From positions 512,001-576,000 of the forward strand of contig CBDCRP010000002.1 in the NCBI GenBank assembly GCA_965221165.1: a DNA stretch of 64,000 nt, written 5' to 3'. The DNA is from a bacterium. GTDB taxonomy: Bacteria; UBA8248. Of this stretch, positions 27,883 to 37,674 are shown piece after piece (the stretch's first letter is position 1; each line of letters starts with the position of its first letter). The notes under the pieces were generated by a model. It worked only from the letters and a program-made list of their open reading frames with translations. It had not been told where the DNA came from and ran no database searches. Position numbers and translations under genes: made by a program.

Positions 27883-28767
27883 CTAACCACCCTCACCCGT
27901 GACGCAGCGAAAGCCGATCTTGTTGTTCCGGTAATCGGGTGGGCGATGGTAGCGGTTGTGCGCCGTGGCCCAGGCGATGGGGCTGCCCCAGGATGCGCCT
28001 CGGACGACTCTGGTTTTTCCCCTGGACGGTCCGTGTGGGTCGCGTTCGGCCATTTTTTTATAAGCTCTCGAATGGTAGCGGTCGGCCACCCACTCCCAGA
28101 CGTTGCCGGACATGTCGAGCGCCCCAAAGGGGCTCGCGCCTTTGGGGAAGCGGCCCACGGGCGCGACGCCAGGGAATCCATCTTTCCCGCCTTTCAGGTT
28201 GGCCCTCATCGCGTCGCGGCCCTTGCCCCAGGGGTAGAGCCTCCCGTTCCCGCCGCGCGCTGCGCGCTCCCATTCCGCCTCGGTGGGCAGGCGTCTGCCT
28301 GCCCACCCGCAATAGGCTTCCGCATCGGGCCAACTCACGTGGGATACGGGTTGGGTCGGCATGGTTTTCCAACTCGATTTAGGGCCTTCCGGCCGACGCC
28401 AGTCCGCTCCCTTCATCTTTCGCCAGCCGCCTTTTCCCTTTCTTAGGGAAGAGTCCCAGGTCCAGGACCACTTCCGCTTCTCGGCCGTCGTCTTGTATCC
28501 GGTTTGCGCGACGAAGCGCGCGAAGCGCTCCGCCGTTGCTTCGGTCTCGTCGATCCAGAAACCTGAAACAAAGATTTTCCGGGGCGGGCGCTCGTCCTTG
28601 TCGCTGGCTTTGCTGCCCATGAGGAACCAGCCCGAGGGAACGCGCACCAGCGTGGCGCCGTCGAATCCGGATATTTTCTTACTGGCCTGCTGTGCCTGCA
28701 CAAACGAACCGGTGACGCCCATGAGGCAAGCGAAAAACAGACAAACGTGGAATCGTGGGGAAAACAT
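27883..28767 (-). CDS. exported formylglycine-generating enzyme (FGE/SUMF1)-fold protein
   Basis: FLMGS, RLPTEAEWERAARG, DMSGNVWEW and GFRC; start at MFSPRF after GAGGAG. Confidence 0.9.
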   Translation of the reverse strand: MFSPRFHVCLFFACLMGVTGSFVQAQQASKKISGFDGATLVRVPSGWFLMGSKASDKDERPPRKIFVSGFWIDETEATAERFARFVAQTGYKTTAEKRKWSWTWDSSLRKGKGGWRKMKGADWRRPEGPKSSWKTMPTQPVSHVSWPDAEAYCGWAGRRLPTEAEWERAARGGNGRLYPWGKGRDAMRANLKGGKDGFPGVAPVGRFPKGASPFGALDMSGNVWEWVADRYHSRAYKKMAERDPHGPSRGKTRVVRGASWGSPIAWATAHNRYHRPPDYRNNKIGFRCVTGEGG

Positions 28768-28838
28768 GCGCGTTCTTATCTCCTCATTCGCAGTCGATGA
28801 TGGGCGAAACAGGGAACGCCCCGCAAAAGCGGAAAAAG

Positions 28839-29267
28839 CTAGTCTGTGAGCGGGTCTCTGGGGTCGTCCACGAATGTCGTGCCCGCTGCTTCCTTGTTGG
28901 GCATACCGCCGTAGGTGAATATCAATTCCGCCGGCGCGTCCGCGCTCGGGTTCTCCTGACCGTGAATGCAACCACACGGGAAATAGACGAAATGGCCGAC
29001 GGGCACCTCTTTTCGGGTGATCTCCTCACCCTCTTTCCAGTAGATGTTGATGGGACCTTTCACCACGTAGATCGTGGTGTCGCAGTTTTTGTGATAGTGA
29101 AGCGCGTTGCGCCCTCTGGGAGGAATGATGGTTCTCCCCATCGTGATGGAATCGGTGCCCGTCGACTCTCGGTTCACGCCCCAGCGGATGTCATAGGGCG
29201 GCTCATAGGCCTTGTCCTCGTCTACGTCCAGGGAATTTACGACTTGCGGTATCGGCAAATCCGCCAT
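28839..29267 (-). CDS. cupin domain protein
   Basis: HYH and P.GCIH cupin motifs; GGAGG RBS. Confidence 0.82.
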   Translation of the reverse strand: MADLPIPQVVNSLDVDEDKAYEPPYDIRWGVNRESTGTDSITMGRTIIPPRGRNALHYHKNCDTTIYVVKGPINIYWKEGEEITRKEVPVGHFVYFPCGCIHGQENPSADAPAELIFTYGGMPNKEAAGTTFVDDPRDPLTD

Positions 29268-29324
29268 GAGATCACCTCCAAAAATGTGTATGGAATCCAG
29301 AAAATTCTCGTTCTGTCCTGCGTC

Positions 29325-30548
29325 CTACCCCTCGGGCGGAACGCTCCAGGACACGATGTTCTTGTCTCTCAATTCCTCGAGTTCACCGGACCCCATGCCG
29401 AGCAGATCACCCAGAACCTCTCTCGTGTGCTCTCCCAGATAGGGCGCTCTGACGTACTTCATATCCGCGCCCGGCAGTCTTATGGGCGACCCGAGAACCT
29501 TCATCCTCCCCGCCACGGGGTGCTCCATCTCGACAATCATGTCCCGCGCCAGAATCTGGGGGTCTTCCATCGCCTGCGCCACGGTGTTCACCGGCGCGAA
29601 GGGAACGGACCCCTGAAGCAGGTCGGTCCACTCCGCGTTCGTTTTCTCCTGGAACGCCTTTTCGAGGATACCCAGCAGAACTTCGCGGTTCTCGAATCGA
29701 TCCTGGGCCAGCTTGAAGCGCGGGTCCTCGGCCAGCGCCGGCATACCCATGCGTTCGACGAGAATGGGGAAGAAACTCTGCTTGAGGCAAAGCACGCTTA
29801 TCCAGCCGTCTTTGGTCTCGAAATTCTGCGCGGGCACCATAGAGGGGTGCGCGCTTCGGGAGAATTTTTGCGGCACATAACCACAGTTGAGCGTCCAGGT
29901 GGCCATGTACGCAAGCTGCACCAAAGCGCCGTCCATCAGCGACACGTCGACGTCCCTGCCCTTTCCGGTGCGGTTCGCCTCCCACAGCGCGGCCAACAGG
30001 CCCACGAGCGATATGAATCCGCCCGTGAAATCCACGAAACTCACGCCCGCCTTGGTGGGGGGGCCGTCGGGCTCTCCCGTCAGGTCCATGATGCCCGCGT
30101 AGGCCTGCATGAGGTAGTCATAGGCCGGTTCAGGCGCTCTGGGGCCCGTCATCCCGTAGCCCGAGAGAAAACAGCACACGATTTTCTCGTTGTAGGGGCT
30201 CAGGTGCTTATACGTTAGTTCGAGCTTCTCGGGCGCCGAGCCCCTGCAATTCGCATAGAGCGCGTCCGCCTTGGGGACGAGTTTGCGCAATATCGCCTTG
30301 CCCTCGGGCGTGCGGATCCTGAGCGCGACGCTCTTCTTGTTGCGGTTGAAGGACTGGAAATAGTAGCTGTCGTTATCCGGAAGGGCATACGGGGGAACGG
30401 GCCGCGCGGAATCGCCGCCCACGGCGTGATCCTCAATTTTGATGACCTCGGCCCCCATATCCCCCAACAGTTGCGAGGCCAGCGGCCCCGCCCCGAACTG
30501 CTCCACCGCCAGGATTCGAAGCCCCTCCAGCGGAAGTCGACCATCCAT
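29325..30548 (-). CDS. class III CoA-transferase (CaiB/BaiF family)
   Basis: LEGLRIL..AGP, GAEVIKIE, NRNKKS and PAYD. Confidence 0.93.
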   Translation of the reverse strand: MDGRLPLEGLRILAVEQFGAGPLASQLLGDMGAEVIKIEDHAVGGDSARPVPPYALPDNDSYYFQSFNRNKKSVALRIRTPEGKAILRKLVPKADALYANCRGSAPEKLELTYKHLSPYNEKIVCCFLSGYGMTGPRAPEPAYDYLMQAYAGIMDLTGEPDGPPTKAGVSFVDFTGGFISLVGLLAALWEANRTGKGRDVDVSLMDGALVQLAYMATWTLNCGYVPQKFSRSAHPSMVPAQNFETKDGWISVLCLKQSFFPILVERMGMPALAEDPRFKLAQDRFENREVLLGILEKAFQEKTNAEWTDLLQGSVPFAPVNTVAQAMEDPQILARDMIVEMEHPVAGRMKVLGSPIRLPGADMKYVRAPYLGEHTREVLGDLLGMGSGELEELRDKNIVSWSVPPEG

Positions 30549-30834
30549 CAATCACACCCTTTCCGGAATCACCTACCCGGATTCATCGCACCAACCGGGA
30601 AAATTCTATTTGCCAGGCTTGAAATCCACCCGAATCTCAAACAATTTCAACGCTTTCCGGCTTCAATCACTCATCAACACAGATGAACGCACATGAGATT
30701 ATTACAAAACATCACGAAAGTATATTTGCCGTTTCTTTCGCGCCCCGGATTTTGCTAGAATCCTGCTACCTTGGTTCAGTTTCAATACACCTGAAAGGCT
30801 TCGTCTTTCGCAACATGGGGAATAGCACTCATTC

Positions 30835-31581
30835 ATGGTCACAAAAATATCGATTCAAAACTTGAGAAAAATCTATGACACCCCCGAAAGAAGGGTGCAC
30901 GCTCTCGAGGGCGTGAACCTCAATATCGAGGACGGCGAATTCATCTGCCTCGTGGGGCTTTCGGGCTGCGGGAAGACGACCCTGCTCAACATGCTCGCCG
31001 GCTTCGTCGAGATCACCGCGGGCACAATCACAATGGACGGAAAAACGCTCACCCAGGACTACGACAAGGGCGTCGTGTTCCAGGAGTACGCCCTCTTCCC
31101 GTGGCGCACGGCGAGGCAGAACGTGGAATACGGCCTGGAAATCCGAAACGTGCCCGAGGAGGAACGCAGGAAAATCGCACAAGACTACCTCCGTCTCGTC
31201 CGCCTCGAGGAGTTCGCGGATTTCTTCCCGCACAACCTTTCGGGCGGCATGCGCCAACGGGTGGCGGTGGCGAGAGCCATGGCGTTCGACCCGCAAATCC
31301 TCCTGATGGACGAGCCCTTCGGCGCGCTCGACGCCCAGACGCGCGAGGAATTACAGGAGTTGACCGTCGACGTATGGCAGAAGACGAGAAAAACGATTCT
31401 CTACGTCACGCACAATCTGAGCGAAGCCGTCTACCTCGGGAACCGGATCGTGGTTTTCGTTCCGAATCCGGGAAGAATCCGCGAGATCGTAAGAGTCGAT
31501 CTACCGAGGCCCCGTGACGATCTCGCGCCCGAGTTCATCAAACTACAACGACACGTGAACGATATGATTCGCGATTTTTAG
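30835..31581 (+). CDS. ABC transporter ATP-binding protein (NitT/TauT family)
   Basis: SGCGKT, VFQEYALFPW, LSGGMRQR and MDEPFGALDAQTR. Confidence 0.94.
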   Translation: MVTKISIQNLRKIYDTPERRVHALEGVNLNIEDGEFICLVGLSGCGKTTLLNMLAGFVEITAGTITMDGKTLTQDYDKGVVFQEYALFPWRTARQNVEYGLEIRNVPEEERRKIAQDYLRLVRLEEFADFFPHNLSGGMRQRVAVARAMAFDPQILLMDEPFGALDAQTREELQELTVDVWQKTRKTILYVTHNLSEAVYLGNRIVVFVPNPGRIREIVRVDLPRPRDDLAPEFIKLQRHVNDMIRDF

Positions 31582-31594
31582 AGAGGAATTATCC

Positions 31595-32521
31595 ATGCAG
31601 ACATCCGAGACAACGCCTGTTCCTCCATCGTTGGACGAGAGGAAAAAAGAAGTGAGAACGCCGTTTTGGGTGAAGCTGAGGCCGATATACCCGTTCATCG
31701 TCATCCTGGCCATCTGGCAGGTCGCGGCCATGCAGGCCCAGGGCAACCAGGGCAGGCTCTTCCCCACCGTGGACGCCATCGTAACTCGGGCCTGGGAGCT
31801 GGTGACGGATCCCTTGTTCCGGGCGTTGGCCGAAAACCCGAACCTGGGACTCATTGACCAGTTCTTGAAACTCCTGGAGAGTCCGATTCTCCTGCATACG
31901 CTGAACACCGCGTGGCGGCTTCCGTTCGCATTCTTCATCGCCGCCGTCGTCGGCACCATCGTGGGCATAATGATGGGCCGCTTCGCTTTTTGGGAATCGT
32001 TCTTCGTCCCGTTGCTCTCCGTGTTGTTGCCGATTCCGGCCATCGCGTGGACGCCCATCGTCGTCATCTGGGCGGGCATCGGGGATCAGACGGTCATCGT
32101 CATCACGGCCTTCGCCTCCTTCCTGCCCATCGCCATGGCCGTCTGGACGGGCGTGAAAACCGTGAACCCGGTATGGATACGCGCGGCCCAGTCGATGAAC
32201 GCGGACAAGATGACGATTTTCCGCACCGTCGTCCTGCCCGGCTCGCTGCCGATGATCCTGAGCGGTCTGCGCATCGGCCTGGCGCGCGCCTGGCGCGCAG
32301 GGGTCGGAGCCGAGGCGTTCGCCGGCATCCGCTGGGGACTTTCCGCCGGCATCTTCGACGCGCAGGAATACCTCGACATCGCGTTCATGATGGTCGCGCT
32401 CGCCGTTCTCGGTCTTTTCGGTTTCATTCTCGAAAAGGTGCTCTTCCAGCCCATCGAAAGCCGCACCGTCATCCGCTGGGGCATGATGGAGGCGATGGGC
32501 GCGCAGGACAAGAAGGTGTAA
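31595..32521 (+). CDS. ABC transporter permease (NitT/TauT family)
   Basis: PIPAIAW, RAAQSMNA and LPMILSGLRIG. Confidence 0.92.
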   Translation: MQTSETTPVPPSLDERKKEVRTPFWVKLRPIYPFIVILAIWQVAAMQAQGNQGRLFPTVDAIVTRAWELVTDPLFRALAENPNLGLIDQFLKLLESPILLHTLNTAWRLPFAFFIAAVVGTIVGIMMGRFAFWESFFVPLLSVLLPIPAIAWTPIVVIWAGIGDQTVIVITAFASFLPIAMAVWTGVKTVNPVWIRAAQSMNADKMTIFRTVVLPGSLPMILSGLRIGLARAWRAGVGAEAFAGIRWGLSAGIFDAQEYLDIAFMMVALAVLGLFGFILEKVLFQPIESRTVIRWGMMEAMGAQDKKV

Positions 32522-32546
32522 TCGGGCAAGTTCAAACGCTCACCGG

Positions 32547-32579
32547 CCGGGCGCGGCGAGAGTCGCGCCCGGTTTTTTT
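32547..32579 (+). terminator. intrinsic terminator
   Basis: ccgggcgcggc-gaga-gtcgcgcccgg followed by T7. Confidence 0.85.
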
Positions 32580-32633
32580 GTTTGCGAAAGGAGATGATCC
32601 ACGCACGGCACGTGTTGTTCCACCGTCCATGCT

Positions 32634-32763
32634 GGGGTTGCTGAAAAAATCCCCCAAAACAGGGAATGGATTTCTCAATCGACATGCGCTTATGAAATGA
32701 CTCCCCCCTCCCCGGTTGGCTACATACGCCAAATCACGAAATCAGGACTTTTTCAACAGCCCC
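32634..32763. mobile_element. 130-bp MITE / internally deleted IS
   Basis: 19-bp TIRs GGGGTTGCTGAAAAAATCC and GGACTTTTTCAACAGCCCC (16/19 match), flanked by direct repeat ATGCT at 32629-32633 and 32764-32768. Confidence 0.85.
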
Positions 32764-32896
32764 ATGCTGCGGCGCATGAGCGTGTAGCGGGCGCCTCGGG
32801 AAGCGCTATGGGCGTCAGCGAGGTGGCGCAGAGGAGGAGGAGTCGAGAGAAGAGACATCCTCGATATTCCAAGGGAGCATCCGGCTCCAGCAATAA

Positions 32897-32932
32897 GAAA
32901 CCCCCGGGAGCCCACGCCCCCGGGGGTTTTCT
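32897..32932 (-). terminator. intrinsic terminator, likely bidirectional
   Basis: aaacccccggg...cccgggggtttt just downstream of the minus-strand SBP gene. Confidence 0.8.
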
Positions 32933-32952
32933 CTTGCGTCTTGTCCGTTCGC

Positions 32953-33942
32953 CTAGTTGAAGCCGATGTCCTTCGCGGCCTTGCGGAGGATGGAGTCATC
33001 CAGGTACGGACTCTTGGTGAAGTCGGGGTGGCTCTTGATCCAGCCGAGCTTGATCTGCTTATCGCCCATGTCGTTCAGGTATTTCTTCACCTCGTCACTC
33101 AGGAAAACCTCCGTCTTGAGCTTTTTAACGACCTTGAGAGTGGTGCTCACCTTGGCCTTGTCGCCGACTTCCTGCAGCGCCCTGGTGTAGACCTTGGCGT
33201 AGGTCTTCGGGTCATTCTTGAGCAACTGGTGCGCCTTCAGCCAGCCCCTGAAATACTTGTAATAGAGATCGGGGTGCTTCTTGATGGTCTGGGGGTTGCC
33301 CACGTGCATCATTCTCGTATTGTCGTACTTGCACAGATCCTCGAGATAGCGAATCAGGCCCTGCTCGCGGGCGATTTCACCCTGCGGCTCGCCGACCATG
33401 GCCGCCTGGGCGGCGCCGGATATCAGAGCGGCGATGCGCTCGGTGGTGCGGACGCTCAGGAGCGGGAAATCCGAGCGTTTCAGGCCATGCGCGGGAATGA
33501 CGTAGGACTGAAACGCGAAGTCCGTGCTCGTGCCCTTCTTGTTGGCGAACACCGAGCCTTTGAGGTCCTTCAAGCTCTTGGCCTTCGAGTTCACAGGCAC
33601 GATGATGGCGACCATGCCGCAGATGTTCGCCGTCACCCCGATGGCGGTCACCCGCGCGCCCTTGGAGATCGCCGTGGTGAAGGGCGAGAAGCCCGTGGTG
33701 CCGGTATCCAGATTATTCTGGATGATGGCGTTGCGCATCAGTTTGCCCTGCTTGAAGTGGCCCATCGTGTACTTTAAGCCCTCTTTTTTCCAGTAGCCCA
33801 TGCGGTCGGCGATGACCTCGAAAGACCCCATCAGGGCCCTGTGCGCGCCGATGCGCAGCGTCGCCGACTCGGCGGGCGCAACCACCACGAACGTGCTCGC
33901 TACGAACGCGGCGGCCAGTGCGAAACCAACAAGTCTTTTCAT
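32953..33942 (-). CDS. ABC transporter substrate-binding protein (NitT/TauT/SsuA-like)
   Basis: Signal peptide MKRLVGFALAA..AESA, KSLKDLKG and KGTST; GGAGG RBS. Confidence 0.9.
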   Translation of the reverse strand: MKRLVGFALAAAFVASTFVVVAPAESATLRIGAHRALMGSFEVIADRMGYWKKEGLKYTMGHFKQGKLMRNAIIQNNLDTGTTGFSPFTTAISKGARVTAIGVTANICGMVAIIVPVNSKAKSLKDLKGSVFANKKGTSTDFAFQSYVIPAHGLKRSDFPLLSVRTTERIAALISGAAQAAMVGEPQGEIAREQGLIRYLEDLCKYDNTRMMHVGNPQTIKKHPDLYYKYFRGWLKAHQLLKNDPKTYAKVYTRALQEVGDKAKVSTTLKVVKKLKTEVFLSDEVKKYLNDMGDKQIKLGWIKSHPDFTKSPYLDDSILRKAAKDIGFN

Positions 33943-34248
33943 GCTTTTTCCTCCTTGGTGTGGATAAAGACTTCCATGGATAGCCAATGTATCACACGAA
34001 GACACAGGTTCGGCGATGCTATAGCACCATCGACATCCTGACAACCTATGCCAGGTAAGTGGGTAATCTCCGCTTACTATGTAGGAAAGCGAAATTCCAT
34101 CTATATATAAATTCGATATTCTTATAAATTAGTATACCAAAATCCCGCCGAAAACCAAATCTCGCCCAAAGCTGATATCGGGATGGGGACCGGCGGCGTC
34201 TTGGTCCCGAATCCACAAGAAGCGGAGAATTCAGGACGGCGGGAAAAG

Positions 34249-34326
34249 TGGCGGGGCTGACGGGACTCGAACCCGCGATCTCTGGCTTGACAGGCCAGCG
34301 CGATAACCAAACTTCGCTACAGCCCC
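34249..34326 (-). tRNA. tRNA-Asp(GTC)
   Basis: Folds as GGGGCTG/CAGCCCC acceptor, CTGGC-ctGTCaa-GCCAG anticodon arm and TTCGAGT T-loop; encoded CCA. Confidence 0.97.
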
Positions 34327-34458
34327 CACGGGAAAAATTTTGAAAACCGCCCGAAGAATGTCGGTTTATATCCCGCTCTCGGGCTCTAAGTCAACACGAA
34401 AGGCTACATTTCACCTCAAAGCGGCAAACACGGCGCTTCCCTGTGGATGAGACGCCGC

Positions 34459-35517
34459 TCAGCCCAGGACCGAGCCGAGAGACTCTCCTTGCGCGAGGCG
34501 CGCCACTCCCCGCTCCGTCACCAGGGCGTCCACAAAACGCGCGGGCGTCACGTCGAACGCGGGGTTGAAGACGCGCACGCCCTCGGGAGCGACGGGCGCG
34601 CCGCCAAAGGAGCGAACTTCCTCCTCCGGGCGCTCTTCTATGGGAATGTCCGCGCCCCCAATCGTCTCCATGTCGATGGTGCTCGTCGGCGCCGCGACGT
34701 AAAAAGGAACCCCATGCTCCCTGGCGAGCACCGCGAGACCATAGGTGCCGATTTTGTTGGCGACGTCCCCGTTTGCGGCCACGCGGTCCGCACCGACGAC
34801 GATCGCGTCGATTCTTCCCAGGCTCATGCAATGCGCGGCCATGTTGTCGGTGATGAGTACGACGGGAATGCCGTCGCGGCTCAACTCCCAGGCGGTGAGT
34901 CGCGCTCCCTGCAGAAAAGGCCTCGTCTCGTCCACGAAGACCTCGCGCACACGCCCGTCCCGGAAGCCGCTGCGAATCACGCCGCCCGCCGTGCCGTACC
35001 CGGCGGTCGCCAGCGCGCCCGCGTTGCAATGGGTGAGAACGCTGCTCCCCTCCGGCAACAGCACGGCGCCCAGATCGCCAATCCTGCGGCAAACCGCCAC
35101 GTCCTCCTCATGCATCTCTTTCGCCAGGCGGAGCAGTTCCTCGGCCAGCGCTTCGGGCGCGGAGTCGCTTTTGTCGACGTGCGCCTTCATTTTTTCAATC
35201 GCCCAGAAAAGATTCACCGCCGTGGGGCGCGTGGCGCCCAACACCCGGGCCGCCCGTTCGAGCGCCTCGCGCTGCGCATCGGCTCCCGAACCCGCATGGC
35301 GGGCGGCGGCCAGGGCCATGCCGTAGCCCGCCGCTATCCCGATGGCGGGCGCGCCGCGCACCACCATGGTCTTGATGGCCTCGGCCACCTCCTCTTCCGT
35401 GCGGCATTCGTGATAAACCTCATCAAGGGGAAGTTTCCGCTGATCGATCAAGACGAGAGCGCCGCCTCGAAACGCGATGCTATGGAAGTTTGCCTCAATC
35501 TCTTTTTTCCCGGCCAT
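34459..35517 (-). CDS. mtnA: S-methyl-5-thioribose-1-phosphate isomerase
   Basis: MVVRGAPAIG, TRPTAVNL, THCNAGALAT, ETRPFLQGARLT and NKIGTY. Confidence 0.95.
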   Translation of the reverse strand: MAGKKEIEANFHSIAFRGGALVLIDQRKLPLDEVYHECRTEEEVAEAIKTMVVRGAPAIGIAAGYGMALAAARHAGSGADAQREALERAARVLGATRPTAVNLFWAIEKMKAHVDKSDSAPEALAEELLRLAKEMHEEDVAVCRRIGDLGAVLLPEGSSVLTHCNAGALATAGYGTAGGVIRSGFRDGRVREVFVDETRPFLQGARLTAWELSRDGIPVVLITDNMAAHCMSLGRIDAIVVGADRVAANGDVANKIGTYGLAVLAREHGVPFYVAAPTSTIDMETIGGADIPIEERPEEEVRSFGGAPVAPEGVRVFNPAFDVTPARFVDALVTERGVARLAQGESLGSVLG

Positions 35518-35559
35518 TCATTTTCTCTCATTCATGGTTTCGTGCGAGTGCGTGTCTCC

Positions 35560-35853
35560 CTATGCCATCGAGCTCAGGATATCTTTCATCTCTTCGATGC
35601 CCAGGCCTGAGATTTTCAGGCGTTTCCTGCGCGCGCTCACACCTGAGGTGATTCGTATGGCGCGCTTTGGAATCTTCATTTTCCGGGAGAACAACTCGAT
35701 GCACTGCTTGTTGGCGGCCCCGTCGACAGGCGGCGCAGTCAGCCGCACCCGCAGGGCGCCGTCTTGAACTCCACTGATTTCCGTCTTGGATGAGCGCGGC
35801 TGAACCCGAACCTCAAAGCTGACGCCGTCCGCCTCCTCGCGGAGGCCGATCAC
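35560..35853 (-). CDS. yggU: DUF167 (YggU) family protein
   Basis: VRVQPRS and APPVDGAAN. Confidence 0.9.
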   Translation of the reverse strand: MIGLREEADGVSFEVRVQPRSSKTEISGVQDGALRVRLTAPPVDGAANKQCIELFSRKMKIPKRAIRITSGVSARRKRLKISGLGIEEMKDILSSMA

Positions 35854-36428
35854 GACGCATCGCCCTCCGCTTTCTGGTTCAACTTGATGACGTTTTCACT
35901 TTCCTCGTCAGCAACTTCTTCGCTTTCCTCTTCGAGGAGTCGGGTGAGGTCGACCCCCATGCGGACGCCCTCGACTTCGAGCGTCCGAATTTGAGAGAGA
36001 AACGTCTCGTACAGATCCGTGAGAAGCTTTTCCCTCCGCTCCGTTAAACCCGCTATCTCCTCACGCAGCTTTTTGGTATCTTTTTCGGCCTGCGCGCGAA
36101 TCTTCTCCGCGTCGACCTTGGCCTCTTTGATCATCTCTTCGGCGTCGGTTTCCGCTTTCTCCACCATTTCGCCGGATTTGGCCGTGGCCTGATCTCTCAG
36201 TTCATTCACGGAGATGAGGATTTTCTGCAGGTTGGCGTACTCTTCTCTCAAACCATTATATTGCTCGAACAGGTCCTTGCATTGCAGGCTGAGTTGTTCG
36301 TTCTTCCGCACGGACTGATCCAGCCAGTCGGCCACCTTGAACAAGAACGCATCGACTTCGAGACGATCATAGCCCCGCATTTTATTCGAAAATCTATGGC
36401 TTCGAACGTCGTTGCCGGTGTATTTCAT
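35850..36428 (-). CDS. DivIVA domain protein
   Basis: F...MRGYD..EVDAFL followed by a coiled coil. Confidence 0.9.
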   Translation of the reverse strand: MKYTGNDVRSHRFSNKMRGYDRLEVDAFLFKVADWLDQSVRKNEQLSLQCKDLFEQYNGLREEYANLQKILISVNELRDQATAKSGEMVEKAETDAEEMIKEAKVDAEKIRAQAEKDTKKLREEIAGLTERREKLLTDLYETFLSQIRTLEVEGVRMGVDLTRLLEEESEEVADEESENVIKLNQKAEGDAS

Positions 36429-36450
36429 CTGCAGGCTCCCAAAGCGAAAA

Positions 36451-36747
36451 TCAACGCAACAGCTTTGCCAGGTCAAAGATACTCTGTACCACGAAACTTT
36501 GCAAAAAGAATATGATCAACAAAACCACAATCGGACTCGCGTCGATGCCTCCGATGTTCGGCATCCGGTAGCGAACCGGAGCCAGCACCGGCTCCGTCAA
36601 ACGATACAATATCTGAACTATCGGATTGTAGGGGTCCGGGTTCACCCACGACAAGAGCGCGCGAATGATGATGATCCAGATATAGATGGTGAGCAGATAG
36701 CTGAGAATCACGCCGATTCCGTTCATGAAATTCGATATCAAAAACAC
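36451..36747 (-). CDS. yggT: YggT family membrane protein
   Basis: SWVNPDPYNPIV..LTEPVL..GIDASP. Confidence 0.93.
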   Translation of the reverse strand: MFLISNFMNGIGVILSYLLTIYIWIIIIRALLSWVNPDPYNPIVQILYRLTEPVLAPVRYRMPNIGGIDASPIVVLLIIFFLQSFVVQSIFDLAKLLR

Positions 36748-36774
36748 GACCGACCCCTTGTGTCAAAAAACGGG

Positions 36775-37581
36775 CTAGCCACGGCCCAACTCTTCGCTCC
36801 TGCGCGCGGCGGCGCTCACGGCGTTCATGACGGCGGAGCGCAGCCCCCCGTTTTCGAGCGCGTGCAATCCGGCGATGGTCGTTCCCCCGGGCGAGGCGAC
36901 CATATCCTTCAGGCGGCCCGGATGCTCCCCCGTCTCGAGAAGCATTTTGGCGGATCCCAAAACGGTTTGGGCCGCCAGAAGCATCGCCTCCTCACGCGGC
37001 AGACCCGCTCTCACCCCGCCGTCCGCCAGCGCCTCGATGAACTGAAAAACATACGCGGGGCCACTGCCCGACAAACCCGTCACGGCATCCATCAACGACT
37101 CAGGCAAAACCACTGCCTTGCCGACAGACTCTAAAAGTCGCCTGGCTTGCGATAGATCCGATTCCGACGCCGCGCCGCCCGCGCATAGCCCCGCGGCGCC
37201 TTCTCCCACGAGGGCGGGCGTATTCGGCATGACGCGGACGATACGCGCCTCATCGCCAAAAATCCCAATAAACCGGCTCGTGGGCGCGCCTGCGACGACG
37301 GAAATCAAGAGCGGGCAGTGCGCCAGGGCGTCCTTCAGCCTGTCCAGAACCACGCCCAGCACCTGCGGCTTCACGGCAATCACCACCTTGTCCGCCTCCG
37401 GGGCCGCCTCCGCCCCATCGGACACTACGTGAAATCCCGACGTTTCCCGTAGATGCTCGGCGCGTTCGGCAAGGGGTTCCGCGATGATGATATCATCGAC
37501 GTTCGCATAGGCGGAATTCACTATGCCCATGGCGAGCGCTTCGCCCATGTTTCCACCACCCACTACGAGTATTTCCGCCAT
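36775..37581 (-). CDS. proC: pyrroline-5-carboxylate reductase
   Basis: GGGNMG, VKPQ, RVMPNTP, SGSGPAY and SPGGTT. Confidence 0.96.
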   Translation of the reverse strand: MAEILVVGGGNMGEALAMGIVNSAYANVDDIIIAEPLAERAEHLRETSGFHVVSDGAEAAPEADKVVIAVKPQVLGVVLDRLKDALAHCPLLISVVAGAPTSRFIGIFGDEARIVRVMPNTPALVGEGAAGLCAGGAASESDLSQARRLLESVGKAVVLPESLMDAVTGLSGSGPAYVFQFIEALADGGVRAGLPREEAMLLAAQTVLGSAKMLLETGEHPGRLKDMVASPGGTTIAGLHALENGGLRSAVMNAVSAAARRSEELGRG

Positions 37582-37674
37582 ATTTGAAAAACCTTCCGCA
37601 CGTGAGTTCGAAATTGCTCCGAACGCTAGAAATAATCCACCCTACTGAAATTATTAGCGTAATTCAAATTCGCC

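Noticed and set aside
28755-30218. 487-aa plus-strand ORF
   Set aside because: Antisense shadow of the CoA-transferase and cupin genes, with no motifs
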